A DNA stretch of 64,000 nt, from positions 160,001 to 224,000 of IMG/VR virus record IMGVR_UViG_3300011989_000257; one strand, given 5' to 3'. Positions 20,205 to 29,877 of the stretch are shown in pieces. Source of the stretch: a virus. Lineage: Duplodnaviria > Caudoviricetes. The translations under genes and the position numbers were made by a program. Position 1 is the first letter of the stretch; the number at the start of each line of letters is the position of its first letter. The notes beneath the pieces are model-generated. The model was given only the letters and a program-made list of their open reading frames with translations, had not been told where the DNA came from and searched no databases.

Positions 20205-20274
20205 AACGGCATCGAGGGCAAGGTGGTAAGCGATTTGCGCTGTATATATGCACTACCCCCAATCTTAAGCCGTT
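20205..20274 (-). ncRNA. Candidate structured RNA unit
   Basis: AACGGC/GCCGTT closing stem; also contains AAGATTGGGG. Confidence 0.4.
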
Positions 20275-20449
20275 ATTTCAGTTGCTTAACTCGATAGAGT
20301 TGGGTCTCTTTCATGATAGGCTCATTTGTCTTTGGGTCTTTCATAATCTGCCCATTCTCGTCAAGCGCATAATCTTTGCGTACCTTTGATGGCATTGCCA
20401 CCACTCTGATGTTCTTTGTAACTCGATTGAGTTTCTTCTGTCCACTCAT
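20273..20449 (-). CDS. 58-aa basic protein (not in track)
   Basis: MSGQKKLNRVTKNIRVVAMPSKVRKDYALDENGQIMKDPKTNEPIMKETQLYRVKQLK; after promoter 20497. Confidence 0.7.
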   Translation of the reverse strand: MSGQKKLNRVTKNIRVVAMPSKVRKDYALDENGQIMKDPKTNEPIMKETQLYRVKQLK

Positions 20450-20554
20450 TTTTGTTTTACCTTTTTTTAATTAATTACTTTGTTATTGTTTCACGATGCA
20501 AAGATACGAAATCTTTTTGGAATAACCAAATTTATTTTGAGAAATTTTCAATCA

Positions 20555-20761
20555 TTAACATTCGTTAGCAAGAAAGTCAGCCACTTCAACGGTTTCCTTG
20601 ATGTCAGATTCCAATTTATCATCGTCAATGTCACCATCATAGCGATAGTTATCAAGGGTCTTACCATATAATTCGCAAACAAACTCGCCATCTTCTGTCA
20701 CATCAAGGCCAGTAAGGGTTTCTCTTACAATGTAGCCTAACTCTGTTTCGTATACGCCCAT
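20555..20761 (-). CDS. Small acidic protein
   Basis: ORF. Confidence 0.7.
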   Translation of the reverse strand: MGVYETELGYIVRETLTGLDVTEDGEFVCELYGKTLDNYRYDGDIDDDKLESDIKETVEVADFLANEC

Positions 20762-20989
20762 AACTACTTCACCTCTTCTTTCTTCTGCCCAAAGTGAGTG
20801 ACGATGTGCGGAATTGCAACCAAGACACCAATCACAACCACAAGGGAAACAATCTGTAATACTGAAATATCCATAACTCTTATTTATTTGTTAATGCAAA
20901 GATACGAAATTATTTTGAATTGACCAAGAAAAATCCCATTTTTTTTAGAAAAGTTGGTGGGGATTATTTCACCCCACCTAACCTTTGTC

Positions 20990-21550
20990 TTACTCGGCAG
21001 CAGCCATAGCCATAGCCATTTCCTCTGTCTTTGCAGTCTCTTCCACCTTTTTCGCAATGCCAAGTGTCTCAACTGACATCTTAGCGTTCTTCACGTTAAT
21101 CTTTGGATTGGGTTCACTCTTTGCAAGTGCTTCCTTGAAATCCTTTGTCTTTGTGGAATACTTGTCATAGAAACGACACAGAGCATGAGCCACGTTGGGG
21201 TTCTTGAACAACTTCTCGTTCTTGTGGTGCTTTGCGAACATTTCAAGCCACTTGAAAATGGTCTCGGCCTTTTTCTCGTCAATCTTATCGTAGCCGCCAA
21301 GGAACGTGCATAGACGATGTGCGTTCTTACCTACTGCGAAATACACAAGGTATGTGATAGGGTACTTGTCATGTGCGTTTGACAACTCTGTGAGTTTCTT
21401 GCAGATGTCGATGTGCAGCGCACGTTTCTCCTTATTCTGCGGCAGTGTAAACCAATTTGGCATACCTACACCCTTACCGCTACCACTCTCTGCGATTGCA
21501 CGTACACGTGAGTCGATTGTCACTTTCTTTGTCTTTGTCTCTTTTGCCAT
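20990..21550 (-). CDS. Basic hypothetical protein
   Basis: ORF after promoter 21606. Confidence 0.8.
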   Translation of the reverse strand: MAKETKTKKVTIDSRVRAIAESGSGKGVGMPNWFTLPQNKEKRALHIDICKKLTELSNAHDKYPITYLVYFAVGKNAHRLCTFLGGYDKIDEKKAETIFKWLEMFAKHHKNEKLFKNPNVAHALCRFYDKYSTKTKDFKEALAKSEPNPKINVKNAKMSVETLGIAKKVEETAKTEEMAMAMAAAE

Positions 21551-21653
21551 AGTTTTAATCTCCTATTCTTTTAATTAATAATGTTATTTATTTCTTGTTT
21601 CGTGATGCAAAGATACGAAATTATTTTGAATCTACCAAATTTTATCTGGTATT

Positions 21654-22659
21654 TTAACCCATTTTAACAATTTCCTTTTCTTCAATCTCAATTCTTTCGG
21701 AATAATCGTCATAAAGACAATCAATATAAAATGATGTGTCGCTGCGTTCCAATGTGTAGTCACAATCTGCATCATCATCGTTTTGGTCTTTCTCTATCTC
21801 GTCAAGGTCAAGACCCTCATACTTACCATCTGAAAGCAAGGTGTGAACTTCATCGTCCATAACCTTTTTTGCAGTCTCAAAATCAGCACAAGGTGTAACA
21901 TTCACAAGGATTTCTCCATCACAATTACTTGTCTGAATTACATTAAAAATCTTTTCCATAATCTTATTGTTTAATTGTGTAATAACTTGTAAAGTCATTC
22001 ATCTTATAGATGATATCTGCATCGTCACCATCTTGGAAATAGCCATTTTCAAGCCATTCAGATAGCCAAAGGTTCTCGACTTCATTGTTCTCATTGAATT
22101 TTACCCACAATTTGTAAACCTTTTCTTCCACACTGAAGAAAGCGAGGAAACCGCCATCATCCTCATGGTCAAAATAGTAACGATTAACCTTTATTTCAAA
22201 GACTTCCTTTGCGTTTATCTTGTTGCCATTCAAATCCTTGTAAGATTTATCTATTGCGATAGTTGTCACTATTCCAAATGGAGCAATGCAATTTTCATCA
22301 CGTTTGTCAAACTCGCATAAACGGGTATCTTCAACCACTTTCTTTGTGACTACATTCCCATAATAATGGGTATTTGCATTATCGAAACGAGTTATTTCAA
22401 CTCTTAACTTTGATTCAATCATAGTTTAAAAACCAAATGAGAATACATAATAGTCATCTAAATCTACAAAAGGCATTTCGGCTTCAATAGCTTCCTCTGC
22501 ACTTGCATAAGAGTTTGCATCAATCTTAACGATTGTGTAGTTATCATCGTAGTCCTCTTCGGCTACCCATTCCTCTAAATCCTTTTCGGTGAGGTTTTCT
22601 ACTTGCTCCTTGCGATAATGTTGCTTATCGAGTAGGAATACTTTTTTGTCTCTTTCCAT
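21654..22659 (-). CDS. Three acidic hypothetical proteins (22426-22659, 21964-22422, 21654-21959)
   Basis: Operon after promoter 22679; starts corrected. Confidence 0.75.
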
Positions 22660-22827
22660 ATCTCCTTTATTTTGTTGGTGCAAAGTTACGAAATTATTTT
22701 CAATCTACAAAACATTTTGAGGTAAAAATCTGGTCTTTTAACACTTATTAACAAAAAAGGGGTTGAGAATTGCTTCCCAACCCCAAATAATAGGTAAAAA
22801 TGAAAAGTATGACAATATAGAAAGAGT

Positions 22828-23345
22828 TTAATCCCTACCAAGTATCTGTGATTCTCTCTCACCACAGATTACAAATTCCTTAATGTCTGCTTCTTCTGCT
22901 TGATTTCGTGCCTTATCATAGGCTTCGCCCTCGTCCTTTGCATCAACCTCAGTTGTGAAAGTGGCATTATAATTAAGTTGTATCTTAAACCTACCCATTA
23001 TGCAGCCTCCTTAACTTTTGGCACGATTTCAACCCCATCACGATAAAGCGTATTGAACGCAATCAGACAATGGATAACACCAATTTCATCAACGCTTTCA
23101 AGTTTCTTATCACTGATTTTATTGATATATTCCATTACCGCATTTGCCATTTCCTCACTATCCCTAACAGATTTCAATTGTGGATATGACATATCATATC
23201 TGTGACCCCTATAATCCTCACAATAGGCATAGCCATCGTAAATCTCAAATGGTATCTTATTCTTAAAACCCTCAATGGAGAGTTTTTCAGTACCAATCTT
23301 TTTGCCACATAACTTTTCCCAAATTTTACTTTCGTTTTCTACCAT
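22828..23345 (-). CDS. Two hypothetical proteins (22998-23345; 22828-22998, 56 aa, not in track)
   Basis: Overlapping stop/start after promoter 23378. Confidence 0.7.
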
Positions 23346-23664
23346 TTCATTATTAATTTATAAGTTATAATTACTTTGGCAAAGATATGGAAAAAACGTG
23401 TAATTCCAAAGAACTACACGTTAAATTATGTTAAGGCTTCCAAATAAATGCCCACCACATTGATACTATGCACAATATCAGCAATACATAATATATGCTT
23501 TCAACAACCTTATCACTCATATCTCAATTACTTCAAATCCACTTGAAACACAAATCTTACAATCTGATGGTGTTGCACCTTTGAGAACGTTTGCCCTCTT
23601 AATGGCTACGCTCTTTCTCTTATATCTGTGATAGCAATACCCATCTACCATCACTTTCCAAGGT

Positions 23665-23863
23665 CTATTGTCGTTCATATTTAAATGATTTCGGTCTTTT
23701 AAGCCAATCAATAGTCAACCAACCATAGGTATCTGAGAGATAATTGTTAATTGCATCATCATCATCGCAATCAATGTTATCTGGCAATTCTATTTCTGTG
23801 GGCAAGCCAAGTTCTTCGGCATCCAACCCATCAGTTTCCCATGTAATGTCTGTAATACTCATA
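23665..23863 (-). CDS. Small acidic protein (start MSITDI)
   Basis: After promoter 23882. Confidence 0.7.
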
Positions 23864-23951
23864 TCTATTTTTGTTTTGTAATGCAAAGATACGAAATTAT
23901 TTTGAACTGACCAAATTATTTTCAATTTATTTTAAATGGATTGTGAGTTTT

Positions 23952-24854
23952 TTACCACTCACAATCCTTATCATCGACACTTATTATAAATGGACTTTTT
24001 GGTATTCCCTTGAAATGATGTTTGCCATTGATTTCCTCAAAATCATTTATGCCAACCTTATATATAAGTCCTACAATCTGTTTTCCTTTTTGCAACTTAT
24101 CCCATACCCTATAATCGTAATCGTCACCAACAAGAACCTCATAACCCTTCCATTTCTTAGGTAATTCACTTGTCTTTGTCACACCAAACACAACTGCAAC
24201 ATTATTGCCCTTTGAAAGCCATTCAAGGCATTCTTTCTCGTTTTCCTCTGAACCATCCCGACTGAACGTAAGATAGTAGTTACTATATTTCTCTGCAATC
24301 TTCCAATAGTTCTTTACCTTTGTATAGTCATAGAAAGATACATTGGGATATAACTCTAATATATTCTTACCATTAATATTGAAAGCCAATGGAGAAATAT
24401 CACTTGTGCAATTAAGGCGAATAGAAAACTCCATGTTTTCCCTCTTAGCCTTATTTATTGCACGATTTATCTCAATCATCATCAACTTCATAAACAAAGG
24501 CTTATTGGCAAAGAAAAGACGAGTTTTGGTAATTCTCGAATCAATAACCCTTGTATTGCCACTAAGTGCATCTATCTTTGCATAGCCACTACCAACAAGA
24601 CAACTCTCACGGCACATTGAACTCTTTGGGCATACATTGATGTTTGAAGCATCAGCAGAAGCAAGATACAAACCATAAGTGAGCATATTCAAACGCTCAT
24701 TGTGCATCAACTTTGTGGAATGATTGCAATCGCCAATATAGGACACTCCAATCTCTTTCAAGGTCTTTTCAAACCCCTTATAAGTGATTTTGCTCAATCT
24801 GTTCATTTCAAACTGAAATCCTCTGTAAGCAACCAAATCTTTTAAATTTCCCAT
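23952..24854 (-). CDS. GP88-family protein (Cys-motif, possible Fe-S)
   Basis: VCPKSSMCRESCL, IRLNCTSDI, FYDYTK, YYLTFS motifs. Confidence 0.7.
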   Translation of the reverse strand: MGNLKDLVAYRGFQFEMNRLSKITYKGFEKTLKEIGVSYIGDCNHSTKLMHNERLNMLTYGLYLASADASNINVCPKSSMCRESCLVGSGYAKIDALSGNTRVIDSRITKTRLFFANKPLFMKLMMIEINRAINKAKRENMEFSIRLNCTSDISPLAFNINGKNILELYPNVSFYDYTKVKNYWKIAEKYSNYYLTFSRDGSEENEKECLEWLSKGNNVAVVFGVTKTSELPKKWKGYEVLVGDDYDYRVWDKLQKGKQIVGLIYKVGINDFEEINGKHHFKGIPKSPFIISVDDKDCEW

Positions 24855-25037
24855 AATCTGAATCTCCTTTTAATTGTTTAACGATGCAAAGATACGAAAT
24901 TATTTTCAATTGACAAAGAAAAATCCAAATTATTTTCAATTTATAATAATATTTTTCTGAATTGTTTACAAAAATGGGGATTTACCATTACAGATAAATC
25001 CCCACATTAATCTATTTATATAGATACATACAGCATT

Positions 25038-25406
25038 TCAATCCAATATAAATTCGACATCAGCCATTTGTGTGCCACAATCATTCCTATAACATAGTAT
25101 ATTATAGCCACTCAATAGATTTTCATCATATATGGTTAATATCATATCATCATTAATCCTCTCACCACAATTTGGGCAAGTAATAATGAAATCCTCATAG
25201 TTATCCAATGGGAAATATGTAATCCCAAGGGAAATAAGGAACTTCAATACCTTGCCATTGCAATAGCCATCATAGATTGCAATCATACCATTCATGCCAT
25301 CAAAACTATTATTCAGTTTGAAAGCATTGGTATTAACCGCATCATTCATGATTAACCCAATTTCCTCTGTTGGAATATATACCCTTATATGATATTGCTT
25401 AGCCAT
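25038..25406 (-). CDS. Zn-ribbon-containing hypothetical protein
   Basis: CPNC...CYRNDC. Confidence 0.65.
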   Translation of the reverse strand: MAKQYHIRVYIPTEEIGLIMNDAVNTNAFKLNNSFDGMNGMIAIYDGYCNGKVLKFLISLGITYFPLDNYEDFIITCPNCGERINDDMILTIYDENLLSGYNILCYRNDCGTQMADVEFILD

Positions 25407-25496
25407 AATCTAAATCTTTAACAATGCAAAGATACGAATTTTTTTTGAAATAACCAAGAAAAATCCCCACTTTTTTAAGGTGGGGATTAATTTTCT

Positions 25497-26594
25497 TTAG
25501 GCTGCTTCGAGACAAAGGTCAAATGTCTTTTGTACCTTTTTATAGATGTTGCCATCCATAATGCTATCAAACTTGATTTCCTCGCTGCGCTCTGTGGCTT
25601 CATTCTGAAAGTAAGAGGTCATTCCATTCATAAGCCACATTGCAGTACCTCGCTCTTGACCCTCTTGACCAATGCCATTTTCCAAGCATTCCTTAACTCC
25701 CAAGAAGATATTGCGTCCACGTGTCTTGATTGCATCACTATTGATGTTATGGTTCTGCAAGAAATCCTTTGCTGCATCTGGAGCCAATACCACTTGTGCA
25801 ATGATGTTATCAAGGTCTCTCTCAGCCAACTTGATGTTGCGTAAGTGCTCAAAACTCTGTGCGAGTGATTCAGAGTACACCTTTGCCACATTCAGAGCCT
25901 TATAAGCAAATTCAGCGTTTTCCTTATTCAAAAGGTCAAGACGTGACATAACCTTTGAAGAGTGACGGAAAGCAATGCGCCCAATGTTATTCTCCATCGC
26001 CCAATTAAGAGTATTGTTACATACCACACGAATAGGCGTAACCATGCAGCGAACAGAACCTGTGCCATCATGTGAGGTGGTAAACACTACGTACATATCC
26101 ACGAGGTCATCACGCTTTGCATCCATTACAATGCTCTGTGGGAACTTTGCGGTAACAAATACACGCTCACCATTTCCAAGCACACCACAAGTTTCAATCA
26201 CTGGGGTATTGTCTCTATCGGCAAATTTGCCACTACAAAACATATCCACAAACTTGAAGGCATCTTCGTTCTGTACGATACCATACTTGTCAGATACAAT
26301 ACCAAGGCTCTTATTGCTATCAAGGCGCATTGTAGCCATTGTGTTGTCCACAAGGAGGTCTTTCAGCATTGCAGCATTGATAAACTCGCCATTTTCCATT
26401 GCGCTACGCAACTGCTCACTCAGAGCGATAACTGGCTGCAATCCAACGTTATAATCAGCGTGACAAAGTTTCAGCGCATCTTTCACGAACATTGGCTCAT
26501 CTACCACTTGTCCAAGTCCATGCCATGCACGCTCTCTGCGACCATTCTCAGCGAAACTTGCAACACCATTCTTCATCTCAATCATGTGACTCAT
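25497..26594 (-). CDS. DUF932 (phage/plasmid-like TIGR03299) protein
   Basis: AWHGLG, YGIVQN, SHDGTGS, TPIRVVCNNTL motifs. Confidence 0.88.
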   Translation of the reverse strand: MSHMIEMKNGVASFAENGRRERAWHGLGQVVDEPMFVKDALKLCHADYNVGLQPVIALSEQLRSAMENGEFINAAMLKDLLVDNTMATMRLDSNKSLGIVSDKYGIVQNEDAFKFVDMFCSGKFADRDNTPVIETCGVLGNGERVFVTAKFPQSIVMDAKRDDLVDMYVVFTTSHDGTGSVRCMVTPIRVVCNNTLNWAMENNIGRIAFRHSSKVMSRLDLLNKENAEFAYKALNVAKVYSESLAQSFEHLRNIKLAERDLDNIIAQVVLAPDAAKDFLQNHNINSDAIKTRGRNIFLGVKECLENGIGQEGQERGTAMWLMNGMTSYFQNEATERSEEIKFDSIMDGNIYKKVQKTFDLCLEAA

Positions 26595-26866
26595 AATCTA
26601 AATCTCCTATAAATTTAATTGTTAATAACTAATGTTTCTTGAATTACGCTGCAAAGATACGAAATTATTTTCAATCTACAAAGAAAAAAACAAATTATTT
26701 TCAATCTATAATAAAATTTTTCCACTTTATTTACAAAAAAAGGGATAATCACTTAGATTACCCCAATATTTTTAATCTTTTTATTTCGTGATGCAAATAT
26801 ACGATATTTTTTTGAACTGACCAAAAAATTCAAAGAAAACTTTCGTATCTTTACACTTTTTAGCGC

Positions 26867-27295
26867 TTAGAGGGTATTGAACTCGTCTATGATGGAATAG
26901 GCGGTACTACAAGCCCATTCATTGCGAGGGTCATAACAGCCGTTATTATAGTGCTCTGCCAATACCTTGATATACTCAATACACATCTTGAACATTTCAC
27001 TCTGCAAATATCTATGGTCTTTTCCCATTGCGTTTGCAGCCTTTTTGAAATCATTTGGGCATCTATTCACATAATCGCTGAAATTACGTGCAAACAACTC
27101 ATCACGGCTCTCTCCCTTACGAGCGCAACACTCATTCTTGAAACGCTCATATACCTTTTTCATAAGGAGTTCTTTTTCGTCAGAACTGACATGGGTATCG
27201 TCCATTTCCAAATACTTGCCCTCAATCAGTCTAACAATCTGCTCATTGCTCAACTGATAGTCCTCATACTCACGTCCGTCAATTGTAAACTTCAT
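26867..27295 (-). CDS. Hypothetical protein
   Basis: HRYLQSE...YDPRNEWA; after promoter 27327. Confidence 0.75.
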   Translation of the reverse strand: MKFTIDGREYEDYQLSNEQIVRLIEGKYLEMDDTHVSSDEKELLMKKVYERFKNECCARKGESRDELFARNFSDYVNRCPNDFKKAANAMGKDHRYLQSEMFKMCIEYIKVLAEHYNNGCYDPRNEWACSTAYSIIDEFNTL

Positions 27296-27528
27296 AGCCT
27301 AAATCTCCTATATTTTTGAATTATGGTGCAAAGATACGAAATTCTGGCGAAACTACCAAATAAATCTATAAAAAAATTACGTTCAATTGAAAATATTTCC
27401 ACTTTCTTTACAAATCCCTATATACCTTATTATAATATATTATATAGGGAAAAATTAAATTTAAAATAAATCTATTTTTATTTGGCTATTCCAATTTTTT
27501 TTCGTATCTTTGCAAAAAATTTAGAGAT

Positions 27529-28120
27529 ATGGATAAAAATAGTAACGTAAGAGTAGTAGGATTCCCAAAGAACTCCTACGACAAAGAATGGCTCGATTCG
27601 ATTAACGATAGAGAGCGTAGTGAGGCAGCGTGTGCTGATGGCGATACCCAAATTTGGGGTAGTCTTACTGAGTTTCAAGATGACCTACATCTTAATGGCG
27701 CTGGACGTAATATTATTGACCTTAATTGGATTTATTTCTTAAACGATTGATTTTATGACATCAACAACCGAATTAAACGAAGCAAGAAAGAAGTTATATA
27801 GGGTATCTGATGATACCCTTTTACTTGTGAACAAAGTAAGGGAAACGCTCATTCATTTATTTCCTAAAGTCGAAGTGAGTGGTATTCGTATTGATTCCAA
27901 TCAACTGAAGATAAATGACCTATATGTGCAGATGATTGAGATAGACCCTCAAACATTGGGAAGTATATTGATTCATTGGTATCCTGATTATAAGGTATCC
28001 ACAAAATCAGACCCATATTGTTCCATATATATGCTCACGGAAGAGGAGATAAAGGATATATGGCGGTATCTCAAGAAAGTGCAATTATTTTCAATGAAAC
28101 ATAACGAGCACCCTCAGTAA
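27529..28120 (+). CDS. Two hypothetical proteins (27529-27750, 27755-28120)
   Basis: After plus-strand promoter 27481. Confidence 0.7.
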
Positions 28121-28398
28121 GAGGGTGTAACGTTGTTGTTGTACTTATTTAAGTCTTATGTATGGCATTTTGGTAGGTAAATACGCCATTTACTTATCAA
28201 AGTGTCACAGACGTACATACGGAAAATTTTCAAAGTGTTACTGAAAAATATGCTTATACTTACATTTTGTACTTTTTCAAGTACATAATATATCTAAATA
28301 ATGCTTAATTTATTTGGTTATTTAAGATTTTTTCTATATCTTTGCATTAGCATATTATATTTTATAGAAAAAATAAACAACTTAATAACTAAACAATT

Positions 28399-28734
28399 AT
28401 GGCATATTTTAAAATTTCAGAACCAAATCAACCTACAAAATGGATTAAAGAGGTTGATGGAGCAAACGGTACAATTACATTCCAAAACACTAAAGAAAAT
28501 GCATATTACCAAGATGAAGGATTCTTCGCTGACTCAGAACTAGATTATATTAAACATCACTTCATGAAAGACTACCCAGAACTAGAATATATGACAATCG
28601 ATAGTGAATGGGGTGACTGTGAGGAAGATGTAGATGCAGCAGATGAACCTATGCCTATGGATTTGGTAGGCGCACCAGCAGCAGAAGCAAGACCACAAGC
28701 ACCTATCCTAGACGATTTAGCTTGGAATGATTAA
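28399..28734 (+). CDS. Acidic hypothetical protein, paralog of 28868
   Basis: IK.D...T...AY...LD..HH...ELE.M pattern shared. Confidence 0.75.
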   Translation: MAYFKISEPNQPTKWIKEVDGANGTITFQNTKENAYYQDEGFFADSELDYIKHHFMKDYPELEYMTIDSEWGDCEEDVDAADEPMPMDLVGAPAAEARPQAPILDDLAWND

Positions 28735-28867
28735 CATGTGCATCATTTCGCTGATGCTCAATGGTAACAACGTTGACGTTGTACGCTATCTCACTAGCGT
28801 TCAATAGCAACAACAGTGCTGTTGTACTTTTTTAAGTCTATTTATAATTTTTAAATCGTTTAAAACT

Positions 28868-29086
28868 ATGGCAAAAGGAGTAGCAAAAAATAAAGATGGT
28901 CTCATGATTAAATCATATGACCTATCAACAGAAACACTTGAATTGACAACTGATATCAATGAGGCATATAACTATGGATATATGGGAGAACAAGAAACAA
29001 ATAATGACTTGGATTTCCTAAGACACCATATGGGAAATATACATAAAGAACTTGAAACCATGAAGTATACCGTAGTTACAACATAA
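28868..29086 (+). CDS. Hypothetical protein, paralog of 28399
   Basis: Same shared pattern as 28399. Confidence 0.7.
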   Translation: MAKGVAKNKDGLMIKSYDLSTETLELTTDINEAYNYGYMGEQETNNDLDFLRHHMGNIHKELETMKYTVVTT

Positions 29087-29321
29087 TTATGTACTTTTTT
29101 AAGTACTAATACATACTCATAAAATACATTAAAAAGATGACATATATTGGTAATATGCCATCTTTTTTATTTTTATCCCTTAAGAAAATAAATATCACAT
29201 ATAGCTTAATTATAGCCCATTGTACGCTATCTCACTTCGCCTATGGCTCGATTGTGGACAAGTCCACAAGCTAGCGTTCAATAGCAACAACACTGTTGGT
29301 GTTGTACTTTTTTAAGTACAT

Positions 29322-29870
29322 TTATCCAAAGTAGTGTCCCTCCTCACTCCATCTTCCATCTGGTTCGTATACTGGCTCCATATGTCTCATACTAGGTGGT
29401 CTATTGATTGCCACATTACCATGATGGACACATGTATCGGTAAAAGGGTTATTCTTAAATGTATTCTCAATACTGCTACCCTCCTCTATAGCTTTGGATA
29501 ATTCACTGAAACTATTCTTGATTATAATTTCCTTCTTACCCTTTTTGCAAGCAATATAGGGATGTTTCATATGAGAAATAACCTCACGTTGCCAAGCTAA
29601 TAGATAAATGTGACAGTCATTCAAGAATTTCTCAAACGCTTCCAAAGTATAATATGTCTTGGGAGTCCTATTGGTATCAGACCATTCGTAGAAATATATA
29701 CAGCCAATAACACCGCTGTTAAATAAAGAGGGCTGATATGTAGTAGGATTTGGTCTATGTGTTACTACACTGCCGTATTCCCTTGGTTTATTTTTGTTCG
29801 TTAAATGTGCAAAAAATAACTTCTTTAATTCCTTACTTAAATTAGCCATAAATTTATATATTATTTCCAA
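29322..29870 (-). CDS. Hypothetical protein
   Basis: IYFYEWSD domain resembles the C-terminus of 29878 (IYYYPDY). Confidence 0.75.
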   Translation of the reverse strand: MEIIYKFMANLSKELKKLFFAHLTNKNKPREYGSVVTHRPNPTTYQPSLFNSGVIGCIYFYEWSDTNRTPKTYYTLEAFEKFLNDCHIYLLAWQREVISHMKHPYIACKKGKKEIIIKNSFSELSKAIEEGSSIENTFKNNPFTDTCVHHGNVAINRPPSMRHMEPVYEPDGRWSEEGHYFG

Positions 29871-29877
29871 AAAAATA

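Larger units (their letters stand above)
1404..28346. promoter_or_regulatory. Dense set of near-identical 34-bp Bacteroidota-type early promoters
   Basis: Minus-strand copies (plus-strand TGCAAAGATACGAAA..CCAAA) begin at 1404, 1816, 3591, 4690, 6310, 6999, 7863, 8377, 9042, 10191, 11141, 12060, 12782, 13583, 14509, 14876, 15433, 16333, 16897, 17331, 18212, 18872, 20043, 20497, 20895, 21606, 22679, 23378, 23882, 24885, 25425, 26650, 26792, 27327. Plus-strand copies are at 1914, 27481, 28313 (and 673). They match the -33 TTTG / -7 TAnnTTTG consensus. Confidence 0.9.
28128..29318. repeat. Five GTACTT-N3-(T/C)AAGT copies with associated ACAAC..GTTGT hairpins
   Basis: Cores at 28141, 28269, 28824, 29091, 29304; GTACGCTATCTCACT shared at ~28781 and ~29222. 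Confidence 0.8.

Noticed and set aside
678-20389. Track ORFs over the ncRNA islands (678-974, 7987-8202, 7998-8216, 13848-14036, 13873-14268, 20165-20389)
   Set aside because: They are antisense to the promoter, lack proper initiation context, or have atypical composition; the RNA-structure explanation fits better
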